DNA of 63,905 nt, counting the filler, from Octopus bimaculoides (lineage: Eukaryota): NCBI RefSeq assembly GCF_001194135.2. It is 6 parts of 6 records of this genome, joined end to end, with 100 filler letters (N's around TTAATTAATTAA, not from the genome) between each part and the next. Parts side by side here need not be neighbours in the genome. Positions count along the whole stretch, not along the records: positions 18,162 to 26,856 come from NC_068985.1; positions 26,957 to 38,846 come from NC_069001.1; 4 more parts are not named here. One strand, written 5' to 3'. Shown here one piece after another: positions 23,408-37,794 of this stretch. A program made the translations under genes and the position numbers. The notes under the pieces were generated by a model. The model did no database searches. It had not been told where the DNA came from and saw only the letters and a list, made by a program, of their open reading frames with translations. How positions within the stretch are numbered: the stretch's first letter is position 1; each line of letters opens with the position of its first letter.

Positions 23408-24673
23408 TTAGGTTGTCCGGAAAATTCTGAGCGTTTTTTTAATATGCGAAAATGTATATAAATTATTGACCTTTCAATAAATTTTATTCAATGAAATAAT
23501 CTCCATTATTATGAATGACCTTTGCCAGTTTATCAGGCAATTTAAATATTCCACCAGCATAAGATTTGACTGGTTTTGAAGAAAAAGTTACCTAGATGCA
23601 TTTTGACTCCATCTAAATCGTTAAATGTGTTTTTGTTGCAATGAGTTCTGTAGGGACAAAAATAAGTGGTACTCGGATGGCGCAATATCAGGAGGATATG
23701 GTGGATGGGGTAAGAGATCCCAGCTAAGTTCATGTAATTTTGTTCAGGTAGCCAAAGACACATGTGGCCGGGCATTGTCTTGTTGGAATACTACCCCTTT
23801 CTTGTTGACTATCTCTGGCCTCAATTTTAAAAAAATGTTGGTTCAAATTAGCGAGCTGACAACAGTACACATCAGAATTAATGATCTGGTTTTGTGGGAG
23901 AAGCTCATTATAAATAATGCCTTTATGATCCCACCAAACACAAAGCATGGTTACTGTTTTAGTGGATCTTTAGGTAAACTCATTGATCTTTTTCGCAATA
24001 AGGTTTCGTACACGGTCCATTTTTCATCTCCAGTCACAAGTTGGTTCAAGAAAGGCGTGCTTTCACTCCGTTTCAAAAACGTATCACAAACGAAATACCG
24101 GTCCAAGCAATTCTTTTCTGAGAGTTTGTGAGAGACCCATAAATTGTAATGAGAAATGTATTCTAGCTTCATTAGGTGTTCATGAGTCGTATTTTTAGAA
24201 ACTTTTAACTCCTCCGCAAGTTCTCTAGTTGTGATATTTGAGATTTCTTTGATTTTTGCCTTCGGAATATCATCCATTTTCAAATACCTTCCACTGCGGC
24301 TTGTCAACTTCCAAGCTAAACTCTCCAGCTTAAAGTTTTGCAAGCCACCTTCGAACAGTTGATTCACTTACAGCATATTCTCCATAAACTTCATAAATGT
24401 TTTTGCAAGTCTTTGCAGCATTTTCTCCTTTTTGAAAGAAAAAAAAGCATTGCAACACGAATATGATATTTCTGTTGTCCATTTCGAATGTCAATAAAGA
24501 GTAACCGGAATGAAAGATAAATCTGTTTTAGTCAAGAAGAAAGAAGAGATTCACTACCACTTGAAGCAACGCCAAAATTGTAACTGTGTTACGTTTCAGG
24601 TGTGTTCAATGAAACGTTAAAAAGCGTTAAATGATTTAGCTTAAAAACGGTCAGAACATTCCAGACAACCTAA
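23408..24673 (-). mobile_element. Full-length mariner (Tc1/mariner) DNA transposon, ~1266 bp, inactive
   Basis: 31-bp TIRs TTAGGTTGTCCGGAAAATTCTGAGCGTTTTT with 27/31 match; TA on both sides (23406-07, 24674-75). Confidence 0.95.
23484..24482 (-). pseudogene. Mariner transposase (DD34D type), frameshifted
   Basis: Motifs WVSHKL (WVPHEL), LVTGDEKW, MLCVWWD, QQDNARPH and HPPYPPDIAPSEYHLF (YSPDLAPSD); ATG at 24482, stop at 23484-86; several frameshifts. Confidence 0.93.
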
Positions 24674-25078
24674 TAGAATCTCTAACTTGTCACACCGTTT
24701 GTTTCAGTAAGTCTCGTATTGGATTTATCTCCCTTGTTTGTTATATTCTTTATTTCAGAAACACATAAAGGAACATTTTGTATACTAATTTCTCAGATAA
24801 TTTAAGTTAATCGTAGATTTCTAATCACGATTTTACATATGTGTATTTAGTCAGGTTCCTATATGTCTTGAGTTTTTTTATTCAGATCCCGCCGATATCA
24901 TGTTTATCTTTCTTCTTTATGGGGTCAATAAAATAAGTAACGGCTGAGCACTGGATCTGATATTATTGATAATGCCTGTGTCCTTAATTTGAGATCTTCT
25001 GTTAATTTGTGATATCAACGTTGCAACTAGAATGTATTTCGGCCGAGTCGTAGAAATGTCAATGAATCCGACGACATA

Positions 25079-25205
25079 CAGGGTGTCCACAAGGTCTGTG
25101 TACATGGAGTAAATAAATTCATAGCATAAACAACTATATATAAGAAATAATAATTTCTTAAAGTATGTGTTAATCCCCATGTACCCAGACTTTGTGGACA
25201 CCCTG
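25079..25205. mobile_element. 127-bp Tc1/mariner-type MITE
   Basis: TIRs CAGGGTGTCCACAAGGTCTGTGTACATGG with 27/29 match; TA on both flanks. Confidence 0.9.
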
Positions 25206-26092
25206 TACTTTACATGATTATGTTCCAAGTTCAAATTCTGTCTGACACGGTTATTTTATAGTTGGCGTGTAGTGCAGATTCCTCATCAGGCTGTCCAGTA
25301 ATAGTTTCACTACCATATTAGGCATTTCTCTTTATAGGAATTGGTTACTAGCAGCTTAGTCTACTTAACGCGTCTCCATTTATCTTCAAAAAAGATGCTG
25401 TAAATGGGTTCGCAGCAGCTTTCTCAAGGCACAAATGTTACCCTTACTGTTCTTTTCTTTCCAGGACCAACATCATTTATTTTTTTCAAATGCCGCGAAG
25501 GAACTGGTAGGAGAAGATGGAGCGATTGGAAACTATTCCCCATAACCTTCTCCTCTCTTCCACACAACATCAGAAATCAATATTCGAGTTAGAAATGTCG
25601 AAGAGCAAATCTAATTCCCACATTCCTTTGATCTTATGTTCGTCAGTGTAAATCGCATATGCTAATTTAGACTTGTAAACAACATTTTACCATCGGCTAA
25701 ATGTTTTCCATGACACAAAAGTCATAGAAAATCCGTGATATTTTCATAGAAGGTCGAGAGATAATGGGCTTTTTGAACTATCAATTCTCTGTTTAGACGG
25801 TATGTTTATTGAAACAGAAAATGAATATCGTCAAATAATGAAGTGCTGATGTTTGTTAATTTAGAACGTACACTTCTCTTACGTTCTATTTATATGGTTT
25901 TATTTGATATTTACTTCATATATATAAAGATATAATCATAGATACATATATCCATATACATCGCGCGCGAACACAAACGCATACCACGCACACACGCGCA
26001 CACATACAAACACAATTATACAATTATACAAATGTACTTTTACATTTTCATATATATTTAGAGAGAGAAAGAGAGAGAGAAAAGAGAGAGTG

Positions 26093-26128
<36 letters not shown>

Positions 26129-26302
26129 GAAAATATAAGAGTACAATTGTATATATATTTGTGTGTGCATGTGTGGGGGACAGTGAGTGCGTGTGCATAT
26201 ATGCTTATATTCGCGCGTAATGTATGTATATGTATGTATATTTTAAATAATACTCCTCTTAGGCCGAATTTATATGGTCTTATTTAATATATACGTCATG
26301 CA

Positions 26303-26335
<33 letters not shown>

Positions 26336-26452
26336 GAATATAAATCGTATATACATCGAACGCAAACACACATCACAACATAAACACACTCACACACACA
26401 TACATATATATTAATGTACTTTTACATCTTCAAAAAGATAGATAGATAGATG

Positions 26453-26509
<57 letters not shown>

Positions 26510-26956
26510 ATTAAAATGTAAAAGTACATTTGTATCAAAGTTTATATATTTGTGTGTGAGTGTACGTATGTATATGTTGGTCCGTGATGTATGTATATTT
26601 TAAATAAGGATGGTATATATATGTGTGCGTGTTTGCGTGCTTGAGCGTGTGTGTTTTTTTTGTTTGTGTATGTATGTGTGTGTGTGTGTGAATCTCTGTA
26701 TGTGCGTGTATACATGCCAATATGCGTATAGGTCTGATGGCACTTATATATCTCTTTTATACGTACTTACGTCTGCAAAAACACGCCTTCTCTCAATGCG
26801 TCTGAAAACGACTGTTTGCATATGTTTGCGTATATATATATATATATATATATATANNNNNNNNNNNNNNNNNNNNNNNNNNNNNNNNNNNNNNNNNNNN
26901 TTAATTAATTAANNNNNNNNNNNNNNNNNNNNNNNNNNNNNNNNNNNNNNNNNNNN

Positions 26957-27001
<45 letters not shown>

Positions 27002-28078
27002 TGTGTGTATGTATGCATGTATATATGTATGCGTTTGCGAAATCGAAGACGTACAGATATTTGTATCGGAAGATGAGAACATTTTGTAATTAGCCCTTAT
27101 TTGCCTCTGGTGTTCTTTTTTCAGGAGAGGTATTGGTGTTCATCAGTGGTTATAAAAAAAAAAATTAAAAAAAAAACAAAAAAACATTCGTTTGCAGTAA
27201 CTGTTCATCACTCTGATTTTGCTTACTAGTATGTATTTCATACGACGACCATCTTAATGCAGTAATCTCCACATATACTTAATATATGTAAAAGTAAGTC
27301 TCTTGTTAATTTGATTTGAAGGAAATGTCTATAACTGCTCCTGAAGGCGGTCGGAAATTATATCACTGCACTAGAAGACATATACACAAATAATTTAATG
27401 CATAGAAGTAGAAATGTGCAATAAAGGTACGTAGCATATGGGAAAGAAATCGCCAAGATTTACAGACACAATTCAGGCGCTACTCTCGATCATTCTGAAT
27501 GCTAACCGTGTAAATTGTGTTCCGTCTAACAGAGGATGGACACCGTTTTATTTGTGGTGTAAGCATATGTGATTATGCCTCGTCTGAATGTTGCAGCTCT
27601 TTGGGTGTCTGTGACGGAAATGAGATATTGTCTGCTAGTCGCTTTTCGGTTGTGGCAAGTTGAAAGAATATGAATATGCAAATAATGGTTAGTCTCCATC
27701 AGATATAAAATAAAAGAGGAGAAAAAAAAATACCGAGAAAAAAATACATAAACATATATAAGTAATAAGAAAATAATATCTACGATAATTACAATAATAT
27801 ATAAACAACAAAGGAAAAATATTAAAAAGAAAATAATGCATGCAAGAGAAATTATTGATTTCTTATATTTACATTGATCATCGATATATTGATTGAAAAA
27901 AAAAAGTTAACAGAAAATAACATAAAAGTGAAAATATAAGTGAATCTAAGAAGATGAAGTGATAAAGAGTATTAAAATATACGTGCATAGCAGTGTGCGT
28001 GTTTACGTGCGGTGTGTATGACACTGCGTTATATATATGTGTGTGTATATATATGGGTCTGTGTTTGTGTGCATGGGG

Positions 28079-28109
<31 letters not shown>

Positions 28110-28861
28110 GTGTATAAATACATATATACATACACATATATACACATATTCGCCTATATACATACATATATAGACATATATACACACATACATTTCCATA
28201 TACACATACATATGCATACATATATACACATATATATACATACATACATACACATATATATACATACATACATACACATATATATACATACACACATATA
28301 TACACATATGCATACATACATACAAATACTTACATATATACACACATATATACACATATGCATACATACATACAAATACTTACATNNNNNNNNNNNNNNN
28401 NNNNNNNNNNNNNNNNNNNNNNNNNNNNNNNNNNNNNNNNNNNNNNNNNNNNNNNNNNNNNNNNNNNNNNNNNNNNNNNNNNNNNNNNNNNNNNNNNNNN
28501 NNNNNNNNNNNNNNNNNNNNNNNNNNNNNNNNNNNNNNNNNNNNNNNNNNNNNNNNNNNNNNNNNNNNNNNNNNNNNNNNNNNNNNNNNNNNNNNNNNNN
28601 NNNNNNNNNNNNNNNNNNNNNNNNNNNNNNNNNNNNNNNNNNNNNNNNNNNNNNNNNNNNNNNNNNNNNNNNNNNNNNNNNNNNNNNNNNNNNNNNNNNN
28701 NNNNNNNNNNNNNNNNNNNNNNNNNNNNNNNNNNNNNNNNNNNNNNNNNNNNNNNNNNNNNNNNNNNNNNNNNNNNNNNNNNNNNNNNNNNNNNNNNNNN
28801 NNNNNNNNNNNNNNNNNNNNNNNNNNNNNNNNNNNNNNNNNNNNNNNNNNNNNNNNNNNNN

Positions 28862-28926
<65 letters not shown>

Positions 28927-30230
28927 TGTATATAGGTATGTATACACACAGACATACCTCACACACACATACATATATGCAGTTTACTAGCAAGGGGTGG
29001 AACTTGGAGTGTATCGATAAAAATCGCTACAAATTTAATTACTATTAAAAATAACTTGCATTTAATGAGACTTCAGTTGATTATTGATTTTGTTGTATAA
29101 TCACTATCGATTGAAAATATTACCCCCCTCCCCATACCTCCTTTCAACACTTCTTTAAACATTATTTGTTGTTGTTCTTTTGCTCCTATTGTTTTCATTC
29201 TGTCTGTATTATTTATTTTTTATCTCTTATATATTAATTTTTCATTCACTATTTTTCTTCTATTGATGTTTTTAAAGTGGATTTGCTAAATACATTCATC
29301 AATTCATTTTTTCTTTCGTGATATTTATTTCCTTGTTTTTTTTTTTTTCTTTTTGCTTTTCGTCTCTTCGTTATTTTCATTAATGAGTTTTCATTTGAAA
29401 ACACGTTATTTTCTAAATGGTTATTCTTCTAGTTTCGTTTTTTTTTTTAAATATGTGCATTTACATATTTATATATGCAGGGTTACATGCATCCATATAC
29501 ATGTTCATTTTTCTTCTCGCTTAATATATANNNNNNNNNNNNNNNNNNNNNNNNNNNNNNNNNNNNNNNNNNNNNNNNNNNNNNNNNNNNNNNNNNNNNN
29601 NNNNNNNNNNNNNNNNNNNNNNNNNNNNNNNNNNNNNNNNNNNNNNNNNNNNNNNNNNNNNNNNNNNAATTATGTATTAAATTTTGTTAATGCATTTATC
29701 ATGCGATGCATTTCGAATGCTTTTCTCCTCTTTTTTTTTCCTGCACTCATATTGTTTTTACTAATACCTAATGCTTATGAAATGTATGCATTTTATTTTC
29801 CATTTATAATTCTTGGTCTTTAATACTTGTACTCGCTTTTCAATAGCAACTCCCTCGACTTTCCCACTTAAAAAAAAAAAAATAATAATAATGCATATCA
29901 ATATATGATTTATCTAGAAGAGGAAGTCGGCATAAAATTCCAATAATTTTAAAAATTCTTCAAACAGTTAAAATATTATATGTTGTGACGCAAAAAGAAA
30001 TTATAAAAATCCTGTAATATTTGAAATAAAATAACGAAAATAAATGAAGTAAAAAAACTGCAAATGTATATAAATGAAATAATAACTAAACCGATGTGTG
30101 CCCATTCATAATGATATCAGCAATTTTATTTCTTCAAATATAGGTGCATTAGATACACAATCTATATTTAGTGATCATTATAGGTTTCAAGATTATGTTA
30201 ACAATATTGGATTAGTGAAATTTAGATGAT

Positions 30231-30413
30231 TAAAATCAATCTAACCAGATATAATTAGTCACAATATTTGTTAAATCCCATCGTTGCATTACATTAAATG
30301 CGATTATAAAGTCATCACTAAAGAAGCATTGATGTTATCTTGATGCTTTGTGACAACAAGTATCATTAACTCTGAAGATTATTTATTAGAATGGCACATT
30401 TCTTCACGTCAGT
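30231..30413 (+). repeat. Diverged local direct repeat, copy 1 (copy 2 at 31708-31907)
   Basis: TAAAATCAATCTAACC...TTGCATTAC...GATGTTATCTTGA...GGCACATTTCTT shared in order; roughly three-quarters identical by eye. Confidence 0.8.
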
Positions 30414-30490
30414 AAAATGTTTCTCAATTGCAGTAATATCTCAATATCTACTACGGATCAATTTAGGCGCTGTACCAATGACATCATATA

Positions 30491-30703
30491 TCCTTTTCTA
30501 CCCTAGGTATGCGACTCGAAATTTTTGGGGAGGGGCAAGTCGATTAGATCGACGCCAGTACGCAATTGGTACTTAATTTATCGACCACGAAAGGATGAAA
30601 TGCGAAATTGACCTCGGAGGAATTTGAACGCAGAGAACGTAAAGACAGACGAAATACCACTAAGCATTTCACCCGGCGTGCTAACATTTTTGCCAGGTTG
30701 CTG
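30491..30703 (-). mobile_element. SINE family A
   Basis: Colinear with 12133-12343. Confidence 0.85.
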
Positions 30704-30984
30704 TGAAATATGGTACCATATATCACAGTAACGATTTCCCCTTTCGTATTCCACAATCACTTCATTTCTCTCTGTGGGTCATGAAATTTTTCAATCATCA
30801 TATACTGTTTGAATGTTGATGATCTTACAAATCTTTTTCTCTTCTATAATCATACCCGGTAAAATGCTTTAAAAAAGCATGGCGTGTTTCTACGGCGGAA
30901 GCCCATAAAACCCTGTCCACTTTTCCTTTCATCCTTCAATTCAGTGTTGGCAAACTATGCACAAGTTGATTTCTTCTTCGACTT

Positions 30985-31098
30985 TGCCTCTTATCTTTTC
31001 GAAGTCGATACATTAAGTACCAGTGGAACATTGAGGTCGATATAATCGACTAGTCCCCACCCCACAAATCTGAGGCCTTGTGCCTCCATTAGAAAGGA
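30985..31098 (+). mobile_element. SINE family A 3' fragment
   Basis: CGACTTTGCC...TAAGTACCAGT...GGTCGATATAATCGACTAGTCCCC...CCTTGTGCCT. Confidence 0.7.
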
Positions 31099-31135
31099 TT
31101 GTTGTTGTTATTATTATTATCATCCTCATGGTTAT

Positions 31136-31400
31136 TGTAGACGCATGACCAAGTGGTTAGGGTGTTGTACTCACGATTGAGTGGTGGTTTCAATACCTAG
31201 ACACAGTGTTTTTGTCCTTGAGCAAAGTGCTCCATTTTACGCTGGTCAAAGATCATTGCCTCATCTGGCATAAGGCACGTCGTGCTCCCGTAGAAGTAGT
31301 GTCGATTTAACGGAGGGAATAACGTGAATAACGGGAATTATGTGAACGCAAACATTTGATTATTGTAAAGGAATTATCTGTGTGGTTATTCGGCAACAAA
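31136..31400 (+). mobile_element. SINE family C (tRNA-like head, GTCCTTGAGCAAAG central motif)
   Basis: GCATGACCAAGTGGTTAGGGTGTTG...GGTTTCAATACC head; second copy at 6490-6645. Confidence 0.6.
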
Positions 31401-31707
31401 TAGCAGAAACTTGATATGTCGTCTAACGACTGGAGAGAATGTAAACTTCAGTTCCATAATGATTTTCTTCACACTGCTTCTTTAATGGATTCCATTTCCA
31501 AAGATATAATCACAGATAGACACTACTTCTCGCAGGAAATTTACTGTTTTCAAAAGTGTTACCTTTTGCAATATTGTAATGCCGAGATAGATTCCAATTC
31601 TAACAATGTGCATTTTGCTGTATTGTTATGTCGGAAATTCTGTCATATGTTAGTGATATAAGTGTGGATAACCTCTGCGACGTTTCACAGTTGTGACTTT
31701 TGATGAA

Positions 31708-31907
31708 TAAAATCAATCTAACCGGATACAATTAATCACAATATTTATTACTTTCCATCCTTGCATTACTTTAAATGCCATTGTAAAGCTATCGCTAAAG
31801 GTGCGTCGATGTTATCTTGAGGCTTTGAGGCAACGATACCGTTAACCCTAGATAATTTTTATTGGAATTACTGTAAAATACAGGACGGCACATTTCTTTA
31901 CGTTAGC
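31708..31907 (+). repeat. Diverged local direct repeat, copy 2
   Basis: See 30231-30413; this copy has an ~18-bp insertion near its 3' end. Confidence 0.8.
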
Positions 31908-32443
31908 AACAAATCAAAGATTGTTGCTAAGAATTGTTGCAAAGGATGCAGCCGTTGTTCATATGAAATAGATACCTCCGAATAGTCTCCTCCGAATAAT
32001 TCAAACTGAATGGATGGCGTTTCAATCATACAATGACAATCTAGTTACTATTTTGCGATGCGGATGTTGCATTTGTCTTTATTCAAGTAGACCTGCATCG
32101 AATCGAACTTATAATTAAGAGCATTCTAGCCATGATCATTCCGAATTATTTCCGGTATAGTGTACTGCAGACTATATTATGAAATATATGCTTTTTAAGA
32201 ATAATAAGATGCAGAATATGTTTTGGCCATTATTTATAAACGATCGAACAAACATTGATCATGCGTTGAAGTTATTGAACGGTATGTGGATATGCAAAGT
32301 AGCAGCTTTTGCAATGTGCATGCATAAATGTACGTGTGCATGTGTTTATAATGTTATATATTTCATATACATATCAATATGTGTGCGCGTGTGTGTATGC
32401 ATACATATGCAAGTATGTGTATGTTATGCATACATGTATGTGA

Positions 32444-32478
<35 letters not shown>

Positions 32479-32829
32479 NNNNNNNNNNNNNNNNNNNNNN
32501 NNNNNNNNNNNNNNNNNNNNNNNNNNNNNNNNNNNNNNNNNNNNNNNNNNNNNNNNNNNNNNNNNNNNNNNNNNNNNNNNNNNNNNNNNNNNNNNNNNNN
32601 NNNNNNNNNNNNNNNNNNNNNNNNNNNNNNNNNNNNNNNNNNNNNNNNNNNNNNNNNNNNNNNNNNNNNNNNNNNNNNNNNNNNNNNNNNNNNNNNNNNN
32701 NNNNNNNNNNNNNNNNNNNNNNNNNNNNNNNNNNNNNNNNNNNNNNNNNNNNNNNNNNNNNNNNNNNNNNNNNNNNNNNNNNNNNNNNNNNNNNNNNNNN
32801 NNNNNNNNNNNNNNNNNNNNNNNNNNNNN

Positions 32830-32866
<37 letters not shown>

Positions 32867-33256
32867 CACGTGTGTCTGTATTTGTAGTTGTCTCTGTTTG
32901 TCCTCATCAACGACTGACAGTGGGTGTTGGTGCGTTTAAACCCCTGTAACCCTAGTGCTTCGGGAAAGGTAGTCGATAGAATTTTAAAAAAAAAACATAA
33001 TTGTTTTGCCATAAAGATCTTGGGATTTTTGTCTTCTTTATCCGGTCAAAAAACGTAGTTTAACTGCAAATGTTTGATCGTAGCCAACATATTTAAACTT
33101 ACTGTGGCTCTTTTTTTCTTTTTCTTAAAGCAATTGGTGATAAACATTCCTACGTTATAATGATTTATGTATTAATAATTCAAATTAATAGTTAAAATAT
33201 GTTAATTTCTGACGGATAACGTGAGATACACTAACGCCAGCGAAATTTATTATATT

Positions 33257-33417
33257 GGCGTGGCTGTGTCGTGAGTAGCTCCTCTCTCCCATCCACACGG
33301 TTTCGGGTTCAGTCCCACTGCGTAATACCTTGGGCAAGTATCTTCTGCTATAACCTCCGGCCGACCAAAGTGTTGTGAATGAATTTGCTAGACGGAAACT
33401 GAAAGAATCCCGTCGTG

Positions 33418-33466
<49 letters not shown>

Positions 33467-33600
33467 CTTAGCGGTTCGGCAAAACAGAGCCGATAGAATG
33501 AGTACTAAGCTTACAAAGAATAAGTTCTGGGGTACGATTTGTCTGACTAAAGGTGGAACTTCAGCATGGCCGCAGTAATATGACTGCAGCAAGTAAAAGA
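33257..33600 (+). mobile_element. SINE family B, near full length
   Basis: Head, central domain, (TA)n linker and 3' tail present. Confidence 0.9.
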
Positions 33601-34473
33601 TTATAAGATTAAAACAATAAGGAAATATAAACGGACATAGATTCACAGTGAAACACATCACGAACGTTCAAACCGAAGCACAAGGTCCCACGAACACATG
33701 TATAATGATGCAAACTTTCTATAGTATATACTATAAGAAATACTAGAAATATATATATATATATATATATATANNNNNNNNNNNNNNNNNNNNNNNNNNN
33801 NNNNNNNNNNNNNNNNNNNNNNNNNNNNNNNNNNNNNNNNNNNNNNNNNNNNNNNNNNNNNNNNNNNNNNNNNNNNNNNNNNNNNNNNNNNNNNNNNNNN
33901 NNNNNNNNNNNNNNNNNNNNNNNNNNNNNNNNNNNNNNNNNNNNNNNNNNNNNNNNNNNNNNNNNNNNNNNNNNNNNNNNNNNNNNNNNNNNNNNNNNNN
34001 NNNNNNNNNNNNNNNNNNNNNNNNNNNNNNNNNNNNNNNNNNNNNNNNNNNNNNNNNNNNNNNNNNNNNNNNNNNNNNNNNNNNNNNNNNNNNNNNNNNN
34101 NNNNNNNNNNNNNNNNNNNNNNNNNNNNNNNNNNNNNNNNNNNNNNNNNNNNNNNNNNNNNNNNNNNNNNNNNNNNNNNNNNNNNNNNNNNNNNNNNNNN
34201 NNNNNNNNNNNNNNNNNNNNNNNNNNNNNNNNNNNNNNNNNNNNNNNNNNNNNNNNNNNNNNNNNNNNNNNNNNNNNNNNNNNNNNNNNNNNNNNNNNNN
34301 NNNNNNNNNNNNNNNNNNNNNNNNNNNNNNNNNNNNNNNNNNNNNNNNNNNNNNNNNNNNNNNNNNNNNNNNNNNNNNNNNNNNNNNNNNNNNNNNNNNN
34401 NNNNNNNNNNNNNNNNNNNNNNNNNNNNNNNNNNNNNNNNNNNNNNNNNNNNNNNNNNNNNNNNNNNNNNNNN

Positions 34474-34516
<43 letters not shown>

Positions 34517-34735
34517 GTATGCCTACAGAGATACGTATAAACATCCATACGTCCATACTTATACGTACATACACATACAGAAACACACACATACAAGCAT
34601 ACTCGCACAATGACACAACCACACATTATTAATAATTTATAAAAATAACGGAATGACTCAATATCCGAATGCTTCATACTTTAGTATTCACTATATATAC
34701 GTGTGTGTATGTAATCATGTATGTATGTATAGATA

Positions 34736-34790
<55 letters not shown>

Positions 34791-35683
34791 GCATACATAT
34801 ATATATGCATGAAGTATGTATATACTAATATGTAAGTTTGTATGCGTGTGTCTACACGCTGGTGTAGTCGTGTGTATGTATGTGTATTTATACACGAATA
34901 TATAGAACCGGTCGTGTGTTTTTATGCGTTTCTATTTGCTTCTGGTTGACTTAGTGCATATTTATATTGTATTCCATATAAATGTCCTTCTTAGTCTTTT
35001 TTCCCATTTTCTCTCAAATATATGTATGATTTTATGCGCGTGTATATATATATANNNNNNNNNNNNNNNNNNNNNNNNNNNNNNNNNNNNNNNNNNNNNN
35101 NNNNNNNNNNNNNNNNNNNNNNNNNNNNNNNNNNNNNNNNNNNNNNNNNNNNNNNNNNNNNNNNNNNNNNNNNNNNNNNNNNNNNNNNNNNNNNNNNNNN
35201 NNNNNNNNNNNNNNNNNNNNNNNNNNNNNNNNNNNNNNNNNNNNNNNNNNNNNNNNNNNNNNNNNNNNNNNNNNNNNNNNNNNNNNNNNNNNNNNNNNNN
35301 NNNNNNNNNNNNNNNNNNNNNNNNNNNNNNNNNNNNNNNNNNNNNNNNNNNNNNNNNNNNNNNNNNNNNNNNNNNNNNNNNNNNNNNNNNNNNNNNNNNN
35401 NNNNNNNNNNNNNNNNNNNNNNNNNNNNNNNNNNNNNNNNNNNNNNNNNNNNNNNNNNNNNNNNNNNNNNNNNNNNNNNNNNNNNNNNNNNNNNNNNNNN
35501 NNNNNNNNNNNNNNNNNNNNNNNNNNNNNNNNNNNNNNNNNNNNNNNNNNNNNNNNNNNNNNNNNNNNNNNNNNNNNNNNNNNNNNNNNNNNNNNNNNNN
35601 NNNNNNNNNNNNNNNNNNNNNNNNNNNNNNNNNNNNNNNNNNNNNNNNNNNNNNNNNNNNNNNNNNNNNNNNNNNNNNNNNNN

Positions 35684-35734
<51 letters not shown>

Positions 35735-37794
35735 ACATACATGCATACACACTCACACACACATATATTTCTCCTCATTCAATCAACATTTATTATCTAT
35801 ATTTATCTATTTATTTATCTTCTTCATTACACGTTACCAAATAGGCCGGTTTGATATTTTTCAAAGTATAATTTCGTTTTCCTTTTGCATGACTCTTCGT
35901 AACTCTCTGTTCGTTGGATAAAATGAACTTTAACTTCAGAGGTGAGTAAGTTATTGAAGTTAATACTTGGTATTGGCTCTTAAAGACGTTAAATGCATAG
36001 CAGCGTTAGGCTGTATGATCTGATGGTGTGCATATCTTGACAGTATGTCAACTATTGTGAAAAACTCATCGATAAGCTCTTGAAATCCGTGCGCTCTAGC
36101 TTGAACAAGTGGCGCCGTCTATCAATCATAGTATAATGATACTCTCTCTCATGGTTTGTACAGTCGAAAAGACAGAAAAGTGGGGGAAAACCGAAGGAGT
36201 GGGAAAGGAGATTGGAAGGGTTTTGAAGAATGATAGCTGGTTTGGAAATATAACCCTCCATTTTCTACGTTTTGCACACGGAGATGTCTAGAGGGTGTAG
36301 AAAGAAAGAGGGAGAAAGAGAGAAAGAAAGAGACAAAGAGAGACAACGCGAAAGAAAGAGACAAAGAGAGACAACGCGAAAGAAAGAAAGAGAGAGAGAG
36401 AGAACAGAATATAGAAAAGCAAAAGTAAGAGGTATGTATAAAGATAGCTATAGATATATATGCATATATATTCACACACTTATACGCAGAAAAATGAATG
36501 ATATATATGCCCACACACACATACATATACACTTGCACAATCCATTTTATATCAAATATAGATTGTGTGTATGTATATATGTATGTATTCAGTTATATGT
36601 TTATGCTTGTGTATTCGTATTTTCAAACGCTTTTTCATACACACACGTATACATGTGTGCATGTGTTGCTGTTCTTGATAGTGTGTGTGTGCTCTCTTCG
36701 TGTGCGTGGCTAGGTTTAGCACATGCTTCCATGCGCGCATGTGTGCGTGTATGGTTGTCTTCATTTATTTTACTTCTGTTTATTGAATACAGTTGATCAT
36801 AATTTATACATTATGCTGTCACAGTATTTGCGTGAATGTATTTCAGATAATATCGAAACATGCGCAATGTTTAAAATAATAACGCTAAAAATAATAACAT
36901 TAATAATAATAGTAATAGTAATAATAATAATAAAATACTAATAATGATAACAGTAATAATAAAACTGAATCCCGGAAAGAACACGAAGCGAAATAAGGAT
37001 ATAAATATAGAATATCCGATTCATACATTCTCTTAATTCTTCGTTCTGTTTTTTCGCATTTATTATTTAAGAACATTCTACTCTTCTTATGTTTTTGCTT
37101 CAACTATTTAGTTTAGAAGGAACATGTTTAAAAGATCTCATGAATATATCATAAATAGCAAAATTAGATTATAAACACACACACACGTATATATATATAT
37201 ATAGAAAGATTTCTGTGAAAGGATTGCTTTATTTCCTTCAAATATCTATTTAAAATTTCTCGCGCGATAATATACAGATAGATTTATCGCGGCTTCATTT
37301 CCATAAAATTTAATTATTATTCTTTGTTTTTTTTTTCTTCTTCTTCTAGTACCACTGTAATGTATTGTGTAGAAAACCTTTATGTCACACATCGTCCATT
37401 TATATTAAGATGTTATATAATCACACACATAATATAACAAAAAAATATAGCCGTGCAGAATCGAACAAAGAACAGATTCAGAATTTGCTGCGTATGCATA
37501 TGTGAATGTAAATGCGGAGTGAGAAAGAGCGTAAGTTCCAGTCTAGTCAAAGTTATGTATTCTCTATCGTTTGCTTTTTCGACCAGTTTCAATATGTTGA
37601 TATCTGATCAGTAAAGCGTTAGAAGAACACTATGTCTTATAATAACATAACATATATTTTCAACTTAATCTAAGTCAACATTAGATCTCATAAAGCTACA
37701 TCAATCATAGATTGTACAAGTAAGATAAATAGAAGACCAGAACCCAGGCAGTGTTGTCTCCCTATCTCGAAGATCTAGGCTTGCTTTATATATC

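Noticed and set aside
28290-28385. ~45-bp direct duplication in a (CATA)n region
   Set aside because: Low complexity and adjacent to a gap; slippage or misassembly.
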